This document shows, piece after piece, positions 56,401 to 64,000 of a stretch of DNA of 64,000 nt; position 1 is the stretch's first letter; each line of letters starts with the position of its first letter. Made by a program: the position numbers and the translations under genes. The stretch covers positions 14,400 through 78,399 of the forward strand of contig JASLZX010000001.1 of assembly GCA_030754655.1 (NCBI GenBank), in the 5' to 3' direction. The notes beneath the pieces were generated by a model. It saw only the letters and a list, made by a program, of their open reading frames with translations, ran no database searches and had not been told where the DNA came from. This DNA is from Candidatus Poseidoniia archaeon (GTDB lineage Archaea > Thermoplasmatota > Poseidoniia > MGIII > CG-Epi1).

Positions 56401-56666
56401 ACGGCCCCGGACTGCTCGAGCTACTGATCATCGGCCTGCTGGCATGGCTGCTACTCGGCCCGCAACGACTCGCCGAGGTGGCGCGCAGTCTGGGCGTCGC
56501 CTGGCGGGAATTCCGCGGCTACCGCGCTTTCCCGCTCGGCGCGCCGGGCGCGCGCGGCGAGGAGGAGCAACTGCGCGCGGCGGCGGAGCGACTCGGAATC
56601 GCGACCGACGGGCTGGACGAGAGCGGGCTGCGCGTGGCGCTGCAGGCGCGATTGTCCAAGGATTGA
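56397..56666 (+). CDS. tatA: Twin-arginine translocase TatA-like subunit
   Basis: ELLII...LLGPQRLAEVARSLG.AWREF TM plus amphipathic helix; archaeal-type AAERLGI..DG tail. Confidence 0.78.
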   Translation: MNGPGLLELLIIGLLAWLLLGPQRLAEVARSLGVAWREFRGYRAFPLGAPGARGEEEQLRAAAERLGIATDGLDESGLRVALQARLSKD

Positions 56667-56726
56667 ACCACAATAGACCATAGCGGAGCGGTAAGCTACA
56701 AATATCCGGAGCGGTGCGGGCGACGT

Positions 56727-59700
56727 ATGCAACGCTTCATGGCGCTCCTGCTGGTCCTGATGCTGCTGCCGGCGTTTCCGGTAGCGCAAGGGGCTAACGA
56801 CGCGCGGTCCGACACTGACCGGGGCTACCTGAGCGAGGCGTGGCGCGCCGGCCTCGGTAACGGGCTCGGCTCGCTGAATTCGATTCGCGTCGCCGACATT
56901 GACGCCGACGGCGAGGACGAAATCCTGGTCGGCAACGCGCAGGGCTACCTGCACATGCTCGACTGGAACGGCTCGCTCAACGTGTGGGTGGAGGGCTTCC
57001 ACAGCGTCGACCTCGGTGGCTCGGTGAAAGGGATGGACATCGCGCAGCTCGATGACGACGACGCGCTCGAGATTGCGGTTGGCTACAACTGGAACGGCGA
57101 CTCCGGCAAGGTGCGCATCATCGACGGTAGCACCCTCAAGGCAGAGGCCAACTGGTCCTCCGGCATCTCCTGGTCGCACACCGAGTGGACTGAGGGGTGG
57201 CCTTACGGGCTCGCGCTAGGCGACCTTGACGGCGATGGGCGGGCGGAGCTGGCGATGGGCGCCGACCGCGGCTACTTGTGGGTCGTCGACACCGATACTC
57301 CCGAAATTTACGTCGGCCGCGACATTACCTTCGACGAGGCGGAGTGGTATCTCGACCTCTCCGGCTCTTCGGCCTTCAACAAGAACACCGAGAACGTCTG
57401 GGGTGTCGCGATGGGGCAGTTCGACTCCGACGACGCGCTCGAGATTGCGGTCGGCTCGAAACAGGGCTGGGTCGGTATCTTCGACGGTGAAACTGAGGAG
57501 TTGCAGTGGAAGAAGGACATGGATGACAACGACAACACTGACTCCCTGGTCTACGGGATGCTGGCGGCCGACCTCAACGGCAACGGCATCGATGAGCTTA
57601 TTGTGGCGCAGCAATCGAAGCTCTCGGTCTTTATCGACGGCGACCGGGACGAGCAGGCCGACGAGCCCGGAATCAATTCCGGCTACGGGCTGGCGGCGGC
57701 CGACCTGTTCGGATCGGACCGCAACGAGCTGGTGGTGACTGACGGCAGCGGCAATGCCTACATCCTCGGGCTGAGCGGCACTTCGCTCACAACCTATCAG
57801 GAGTGGAATACGGAGCAGGTGATGAACACCGGTGCCGGCGTCGCGATTTCGTTGACGCACGACAATCCCTGGATTGTGCATGGTGGCGACGCGGGAATCC
57901 TAATGGCGTGGGAAGTCACCTCTTCCTCGAGCCACGCGCTGGCGTGGGACTCGACCAGCGACAATAACGGCGGCAGCACACTCTACTCGCTCCCGGGCGG
58001 TAACACGCGTGGCATCGGCGCCGGCAACATCGATTCCGACCCGGCGATAGAGATCCTAGTTGGCAGCGGCGCTCGCCGGGTGTACGCCTTCGACGGCATC
58101 ACCCACGCGGTCGACTGGGTCAGCCCGGTACTGGACGAGCTGCCAATGGGAATTCAGGTGGCTAACCTTGATGATGATTCTGATAACGAAATCGTGATTT
58201 CGACCGGCAATCCGGGCGAGGACCGGCTGGCCGACAGCGGCGAGGGGGCCGACGGTCACCTCTACGTCTTCGACCGCAGCGGCAGCAGCTTCACGCAGGC
58301 GTTCAAGAGCGACAATATCGACGCCGCGCTCGGCGTCGCGGTCGCCGAGCTGGATGGCTCGAACTACCCCGAAATCGGCGTCGTGACCGGCTACACTCTG
58401 GTTTACGCTGGCTCCAGCCCACCACCCCCCGACCACTTCGGGCGGCTGATTGTTTTCGGCTTCGATGGCGAGGACTCCATCTATGAAGAGGAAGGCGACA
58501 GCGGCGAACTGGACGACCCGGTGCGCGGTATCGCCGCGGGCGATGCCGATGACGATGGGGGGGCCGAGTTTGTAATCGGCACCCGCAACGGTGAAGTGCT
58601 GGCATACCATCACAGCGGCTCCGACTACGTGCAGGATGGCTCGACCATCGACACCGGGCGGGTCAACGCCTACGGGATTGCGATTGCCGACCTCGACGGC
58701 GACGACGCTACCGAGATTATCGTCGGAACCGGCAAGGAGAGCAGCGAGAAGAAGCCGCTCATCCAGGTCTACCGCGGGTCGAACCACGCTAAGGAGTGGG
58801 AGAAGGAAGTCGACACCAGTTCACTCTGGGGTGTCCTCGGAGCGGACTTCGACAACGACGGGGTGGTCGAGCTGATTTACGGCACTAGCGGCGGCGAGCT
58901 CTTCACCTACGACGGGGAGACCAAGGACTTCGAGGCCAAGACCAGCGCTCTTTCGGGGCAGACCGGCCACTACGGCAATATCCGCATGGCGAACCTCGAC
59001 GGCGAAGGGGCCAACGAACTGGTGGTCGGGAGCACCGCCTACCTGTGGATATTCACCGCCGAAGGGCAGACCAATAACCCTGACCTCGCCATCGAGGGCG
59101 GTGACATTCTCGTTACGCCCGCGGAGCCGACCGAGGATGATGACCTGACGGTCAACATCACGTTGCACAACTACGGCGGCGCTGCCATCAGCGACTGGCG
59201 GGTCAAGATTTACGACGGCGACCCCGACAGCGGCGGTAGCAAGATTACCGAGTACAGCTGCCAGTCGGGCGAGCCCGACCAGCGCGACGGCTGCCGCACC
59301 ATCCCGGCGGGCGGCGAGGCGATGTTCGAATTGTTCTGGAGCAGCCAGCAGACGACTCCCGGCTACCACGAGCTCTACGCTAAGGCGGAGGATATCCAGA
59401 GCCCGCGGCAGGAGACTCGCTTTTCCAATAACAAGGACTACACGACGGTCGAAATCGAGGAAATCCCCAACGACGCGCCAGTGGTCAGCGCCTTCCTCGA
59501 GCTGACCGCGGTGTGGGTCGAAGAACCGGTCCGCGTCGATGGCGGCGACTCGTACGACAACGAAACAACGGAGGGGCAGGCCGACCGCGACTACGGCAGC
59601 GGCGCGACAATGGAATACCGCTACTATCCCGTTGACGGTACCTGGTCCGGCTGGATGTTCGACTACACGCGCGACCTGATATTTACCGAGCCGGGCGTCA

Positions 59701-60854
59701 AGGAGGTACGGATACAGGTGCGCGACGAGCGCGGCAAGGAGTCGCAGGAACTGGTGCTGACGCTGACGGTCAAGAGCAACTCGGCACCGGTCGCGATGCT
59801 CGCCGCCAACACCACTTCGGTCATGCTGGGTGGCTACGTCACCTTCAACGCCTCCGCTTCGAATGACCCAGACAACCGCGCTGACCTTGAGTTCCGTTTC
59901 AACCTGGGCGACGGCGTCTATTCTGACTGGGTCGAGGAGAGCGAGACCGTGCGGCTCTATCACAACGCGCTGTTTGACAGCCAGGGCAACCTGCTCGAGG
60001 GCGCCGGCGAGCAGCCGCTGCGCGACGACTCGGGCATCATCCGCGTCTTCGTGCTCTCGGCGGGGCGGCTGATGGAATACCGCGACAGTCAGCTTACAGG
60101 TAACGGTTACAACTACTCCCTACCCACCAGCAGCGACCAGACCAACTACATGGCGCAGGTGATGGTGCGCGAACTGCCGCGCGCCGCAGGCGACGAATCG
60201 ATGCTGCAGAGCAGCTGGTCGGCGGCGGCGATGGTCACCGTGCTGCGCCCCGACAATGTGCTGCCGACAGCGGTCGCGCTGGTTGGCATCTTCTTCGAGG
60301 GGGTCGGCACCTGGTCCGACACGCAGATTTCGGCCAGCACAGGCGAAGGAATTAGCTTCTCGGCGGCCGATTCGGTCGACCCGGACGGCGCCGATTCCGC
60401 GCTTGAATACGAATGGCGGGTCGTCAAGAGCGGCGGCGTCCTGTTTAACCTGCTAACCGACCACAATTCGCGCAGCTTTACCAAATACTTCAGCACCGCC
60501 GGCACCTACGTCGCGACACTGACCGTGACCGACGAACGGGGGGGCGAACACTCCACGACTGTGGAAATTGTGGTCAAGGCGGCCGCGAGCACCAACGGCG
60601 GCGAGGAGGAGGGGCTCGACCTGATGAAGCTGCTGGGGCTGGTGCTGCTCGGTACCGTGCTTGTCGCTGGCGGCGCGATGGCCGTGGGACGGCTGCGCGG
60701 CGGCGGCGGTGGTGACGAGGAGTTCGACGACGTCTCGGGGCCACTCGAACTGGCGTGCCCTTCGTGCCAGAGCACGATTGCGGTCCACACGCCGCAGCGG
60801 CCAATCCAGGTCGGCTGCCCCATCTGCCAGTCGCAGTTCATCCTGCGCGAATAG
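56727..60854 (+). CDS. Large surface protein: FG-GAP/VCBS repeats, CARDB and PKD-like domains, TM anchor, C-terminal zinc ribbon
   Basis: Signal peptide; many D.DGDG..E(I/L).VG repeats; PDLAI...VNITLHNYG; FNLGDG; GTYVATLTVTD; TM then CPSC...CPIC. Confidence 0.85.
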   Translation: MQRFMALLLVLMLLPAFPVAQGANDARSDTDRGYLSEAWRAGLGNGLGSLNSIRVADIDADGEDEILVGNAQGYLHMLDWNGSLNVWVEGFHSVDLGGSVKGMDIAQLDDDDALEIAVGYNWNGDSGKVRIIDGSTLKAEANWSSGISWSHTEWTEGWPYGLALGDLDGDGRAELAMGADRGYLWVVDTDTPEIYVGRDITFDEAEWYLDLSGSSAFNKNTENVWGVAMGQFDSDDALEIAVGSKQGWVGIFDGETEELQWKKDMDDNDNTDSLVYGMLAADLNGNGIDELIVAQQSKLSVFIDGDRDEQADEPGINSGYGLAAADLFGSDRNELVVTDGSGNAYILGLSGTSLTTYQEWNTEQVMNTGAGVAISLTHDNPWIVHGGDAGILMAWEVTSSSSHALAWDSTSDNNGGSTLYSLPGGNTRGIGAGNIDSDPAIEILVGSGARRVYAFDGITHAVDWVSPVLDELPMGIQVANLDDDSDNEIVISTGNPGEDRLADSGEGADGHLYVFDRSGSSFTQAFKSDNIDAALGVAVAELDGSNYPEIGVVTGYTLVYAGSSPPPPDHFGRLIVFGFDGEDSIYEEEGDSGELDDPVRGIAAGDADDDGGAEFVIGTRNGEVLAYHHSGSDYVQDGSTIDTGRVNAYGIAIADLDGDDATEIIVGTGKESSEKKPLIQVYRGSNHAKEWEKEVDTSSLWGVLGADFDNDGVVELIYGTSGGELFTYDGETKDFEAKTSALSGQTGHYGNIRMANLDGEGANELVVGSTAYLWIFTAEGQTNNPDLAIEGGDILVTPAEPTEDDDLTVNITLHNYGGAAISDWRVKIYDGDPDSGGSKITEYSCQSGEPDQRDGCRTIPAGGEAMFELFWSSQQTTPGYHELYAKAEDIQSPRQETRFSNNKDYTTVEIEEIPNDAPVVSAFLELTAVWVEEPVRVDGGDSYDNETTEGQADRDYGSGATMEYRYYPVDGTWSGWMFDYTRDLIFTEPGVKEVRIQVRDERGKESQELVLTLTVKSNSAPVAMLAANTTSVMLGGYVTFNASASNDPDNRADLEFRFNLGDGVYSDWVEESETVRLYHNALFDSQGNLLEGAGEQPLRDDSGIIRVFVLSAGRLMEYRDSQLTGNGYNYSLPTSSDQTNYMAQVMVRELPRAAGDESMLQSSWSAAAMVTVLRPDNVLPTAVALVGIFFEGVGTWSDTQISASTGEGISFSAADSVDPDGADSALEYEWRVVKSGGVLFNLLTDHNSRSFTKYFSTAGTYVATLTVTDERGGEHSTTVEIVVKAAASTNGGEEEGLDLMKLLGLVLLGTVLVAGGAMAVGRLRGGGGGDEEFDDVSGPLELACPSCQSTIAVHTPQRPIQVGCPICQSQFILRE

Positions 60855-61676
60855 ATGCGCATCGGCAGCCTCGAGCTGGATGGACGCTGCCACGTGATGG
60901 GCATCCTCAACGTCACGCCTGACTCGTTCTACGACGGCGGACGCTACGGCGCCACGGAGGCGGCCATCGCACGCGGGCTCGAGATGGCCTCCCACGGAGC
61001 AGATATTATCGACGTCGGCGGCGAATCAACTCGCCCCGGCGCGCCAGCCGTCCCGGAAACGGAGGAACACGAGCGGGTCGTACCGGTCATCGCGGCGCTC
61101 GCCGCCGAACTGGATATCCCAGTCTCTATTGACTCGCGCAGGCCAACAATCGCACGCGCCGCGGTCGCGGCGGGCGCCGCGCTCATCAACGACGTCGGTG
61201 GGCTGCGCGACCCCGGAATGGTCGCGACGGTCGCCGAGCTGGGCGTTCCCGCCGTAGTGATGCACATGCAGGGCACGCCGGAGACAATGCAGCGCAAGCC
61301 GGACTACGACGAAGTCGTTGGCGACGTGAAGGCGTGGCTGGCGGAGCGCGTCGCCGCGGCAGAAGCGGCGGGCGTCGCGCGCGAGCAGCTCATCGTTGAT
61401 CCCGGCATCGGCTTTGGCAAAACACTCGAGCACAACCTGGCACTGATGGCGCGGCTCGCTGAGTTCCGCGTCATCGCGGGCGGCGTGCTGCTCGGCGCGA
61501 GCCGCAAGTCGTGGCTCGAAGCGCTTTCGGGCGCCGCACCGGAGCAGCGGCTGCCGGGCTCGCTCGCCGCGGCAACCGTCGGCGCACTCGCCGGAGCCGA
61601 CATCGTGCGAGTGCACGATGTCGCCGCGACGCGGCAGGCGATGGATGTCGCGGACGCGCTGCGTAAATTTAAATAG
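60855..61676 (+). CDS. folP: Dihydropteroate synthase
   Basis: MGILNVTPDSF.DGG, DVGGESTRPG, INDV, DPGIGFGK, GASRK, RVHDV. Confidence 0.95.
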   Translation: MRIGSLELDGRCHVMGILNVTPDSFYDGGRYGATEAAIARGLEMASHGADIIDVGGESTRPGAPAVPETEEHERVVPVIAALAAELDIPVSIDSRRPTIARAAVAAGAALINDVGGLRDPGMVATVAELGVPAVVMHMQGTPETMQRKPDYDEVVGDVKAWLAERVAAAEAAGVAREQLIVDPGIGFGKTLEHNLALMARLAEFRVIAGGVLLGASRKSWLEALSGAAPEQRLPGSLAAATVGALAGADIVRVHDVAATRQAMDVADALRKFK

Positions 61677-61691
61677 CGGTCGTCGGGGGAA

Positions 61692-64000
61692 TTATCCCAG
61701 TTTATGCATCGCTCGCAGCGCGTCGCCGAACTCAACCAGCGCTTCCGGCACCTCGATGCCCTCAATCCCGGCGGCGAGCGAGAGCCCGGCGTCCTTCTTC
61801 GCTTTCCAAGTCGCCGAGTTGAACTCGACCAGCGCTGCCGTGAGCGCGCGCAGTCGGTCGCCTTGCGGGGATCCGGCGGCGAGCTCCACCAGCGGCGACG
61901 CGGGGAACTCGCGCTGCTCGACCGCGCTGCGGCCGTAGAGCGTCTCCGACAGGAAGTGGCAGAAGAAGGGGCAAATAGGTGAGAGCATCACCAACAGGTC
62001 GTGGAGCGCGCGGTGCAGCGTCCATGTCGCCGACGCGTCGCCATCGTAGAGTCGCTGCTTGGCCATCTCGAGCCAGTGGCCCGGGAAGAGCCCGGTCCCA
62101 AAACGCTTCAGCGCCTGCGTGCCGCGGAAAATATCGATGGCACGATAGCCGCGCTCGACCGTGTCGAGCACCGCCGAAAACTCGGCCAGCAGCCAGCGGT
62201 CCTCGGGCGCCAGCTCGGGGCGCTGCGCCATGTCGGGGACGGGGAATTGCGACGCGAATCTGGCGACGTTGAAAATCTTCGTGAGTACGCCGAAGTATTT
62301 CGCCTCGATTTCCTCTGGGTTAATCTGGAAATCGTCACCCACCTGCGCGTCGCACGCTTTCCAGAGTCGGAAGCACTCGGAGCCAACTTTGTTGGCGCGC
62401 AGCGTCACCTGCTTGCCGCCCGGGCCACGGATTTTCCACGAGCCGGTGCGACCGCCAGCGCCACACTCGAGCACCGACTCCGCGTCGATGCCGTTGCCGA
62501 GCGACTTGGACATCTTGCGCCCCCACGGGTCCATTCCCAATCCATCAATCCAGACGTTGGCGAAGCCCGGCTTGTCGAGTAAGAGCGCGCTCTTGAGCAG
62601 CGTGTAGTAGAGCCAAGTGCGGACAATTTCCTTGCCCTGCGGGCGCAGCGTCGTTGGGAACGCGCGCTCGAAAAGGTCGTCGTCGCCAAGGTAGCCGCTG
62701 ACGAACAGGTTCGAGTTCGACGAGTCCATCCAGGTGTCGAACACCTTCTCCTCGCCCTCCAATTCCCCCAGCTCACCCGCCAGCTCTTCATAGCTCCCTA
62801 GCTCTTTGCGGCTTTCGCGGTCCAGTACGGTCGAGCCAGCGGGCGGCGCTTCGCGCCACGGCTGGACGTAGCTGCCGGCGGGCGGCAGGACGACGCGGCT
62901 GCGGTCGGCGGAATACCAAACGGGGATTTCGGTGTGATACCAGCGGCGGCGCGAGACCGGCCAGTCGATGCTGATGCCCTTCATCCAGTCGAGCAGGAAC
63001 TGCTTGTTGCGCGGCGGAACAAAAGTGATGTCGTCGGCCAACTCGCGCATCCGCCCCAGAATATGCGTCTGCCTCACATACCACTCCTTGAGCAGGATTA
63101 TTTCAATCGGGTTCTTGCCGCGCTCGGAGACCGGGATTTCCTGCTCGCGCTCGGCGCTCGCGGCGATGCGACCAGTAGCTTCGAGCATTTCGGTCGCGCG
63201 CTTCCGCGCCTCCGTCACCGGCATCCCGGCGAGCGGCCCCCCGACGTCGGTCATGCAACCGTCAAGGTCAATGGCAGCGAACGGCTCCAGCCGCATATCG
63301 CGGAAGACCGCGACGTCATTCTGGTCGCCGAAGGAACAGACCATCAGCACCCCGCTGCCGAACTCCATGTCGACGCTGGCGCGGCTGCGCACTTCCACCT
63401 CGGTGGCCCGGTCGCCCGCCGGCAACGGCAGCCGTAGCTTCTGGCCGACAAGATGTGCGTAGCGCTCATCGTCGGGATGCACGATGACGACGCCGCAGGC
63501 GCAAATCAGCTCGGGGCGCGTGGTGGCGATGATGACGTCATCGCCACCGTCGACAGGGCTCCAGCGCACGTCGAGCAGCCGCGTGTTCCGCTGCAAACGC
63601 GTCACTTCCGCCTCGGCGATGGTCGTGCCTTCGACCGGGTCGTAGAGATTCGGCCGCAGCGCCTCGACGATTTCGCCGCGGCGGAACAGGTTGACAAAGA
63701 TGGACTGCGTCACCATACGGTAGTTGGGGGAATCGGTCTGGTATTCGTTCTCGAAATCGCACGAGAGTCCGACGCGGCGCGCAATGTGCCGCATTTCGGT
63801 GGTGAATGATTCGATGGTCTCGCGGCATAAATCAAGGAATTCGCCGCGCTCCCAGCTGCGCATTTTGCGGCCATGCTTCTTCTCGACCGTGAACTCGACA
63901 TTGATGCCGTTGCGGTCGACGCCCCACGGAAACTTGACTTCCTTGCCGAGCAGCCGCTGGCTGCGCGCAATCACGTCAATCATCGAGTAGTGCGCGACGG
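61692..64000 (-). CDS. valS: Valyl-tRNA synthetase (5' end outside window)
   Basis: GVDRNG, IATTRPEL, GSGVLMVCSFGD, DWPVSRRR, DTWMDSS, RPQGKEIVRTW, KMSKS. Confidence 0.93.
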   Translation of the reverse strand, partial: VAHYSMIDVIARSQRLLGKEVKFPWGVDRNGINVEFTVEKKHGRKMRSWERGEFLDLCRETIESFTTEMRHIARRVGLSCDFENEYQTDSPNYRMVTQSIFVNLFRRGEIVEALRPNLYDPVEGTTIAEAEVTRLQRNTRLLDVRWSPVDGGDDVIIATTRPELICACGVVIVHPDDERYAHLVGQKLRLPLPAGDRATEVEVRSRASVDMEFGSGVLMVCSFGDQNDVAVFRDMRLEPFAAIDLDGCMTDVGGPLAGMPVTEARKRATEMLEATGRIAASAEREQEIPVSERGKNPIEIILLKEWYVRQTHILGRMRELADDITFVPPRNKQFLLDWMKGISIDWPVSRRRWYHTEIPVWYSADRSRVVLPPAGSYVQPWREAPPAGSTVLDRESRKELGSYEELAGELGELEGEEKVFDTWMDSSNSNLFVSGYLGDDDLFERAFPTTLRPQGKEIVRTWLYYTLLKSALLLDKPGFANVWIDGLGMDPWGRKMSKSLGNGIDAESVLECGAGGRTGSWKIRGPGGKQVTLRANKVGSECFRLWKACDAQVGDDFQINPEEIEAKYFGVLTKIFNVARFASQFPVPDMAQRPELAPEDRWLLAEFSAVLDTVERGYRAIDIFRGTQALKRFGTGLFPGHWLEMAKQRLYDGDASATWTLHRALHDLLVMLSPICPFFCHFLSETLYGRSAVEQREFPASPLVELAAGSPQGDRLRALTAALVEFNSATWKAKKDAGLSLAAGIEGIEVPEALVEFGDALRAMHKLG

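Noticed and set aside
1-64000. Many long antisense or alternate-frame ORFs (e.g. 1613-2602, 8274-9299, 28760-30004, 58821-59963)
   Set aside because: Shadow ORFs expected in high-GC DNA; they overlap well-supported genes and carry no motifs.

Overview
A GC-rich (roughly 65% by eye) archaeal chromosome segment. Gene content points to a marine Thermoplasmatota (Marine Group II/III-like) genome: an archaeal RNA polymerase cluster with single-chain RpoB, DGGGP synthase, RadB, PGF-CTERM-type surface proteins, and several bacterial-type metabolic genes. It is mostly housekeeping: ftsZ-secE-spt5-rpl11, pyrBI, guaAB, ileS, valS, rpoH-B-A'-A''-rpl30e, smc-scpA-scpB-tatA, three tRNAs (Met, Gln, Lys), peptidases, transporters and two very large surface proteins. 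I found no integrase, transposase, CRISPR array or rRNA. The main unexplained element is a ~370-nt intergenic segment (30777-31150). On the minus strand it reads as an almost uridine-free RNA (3 U in 262 nt) with many GNRA-capped hairpins, a possible pseudoknot and a box C/D-like 5' domain, and it lacks RNase P and SRP hallmarks, so it is a candidate novel large structured ncRNA. Other notable points: an RpoA'' with a ~370-aa N-terminal extension; an RpoB lacking its clamp zinc cysteines; a Fic protein with a degenerate active site abutting the condensin operon, behind ORB-like inverted repeats; a CTG start for scpB; a GIHH-signature IleRS; a bacterial-type Orn; a ~30% GC islet between guaAB and tRNA-Met; and an unannotated 39-aa membrane ORF. 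All family calls come from motif recognition by eye, not database searches.
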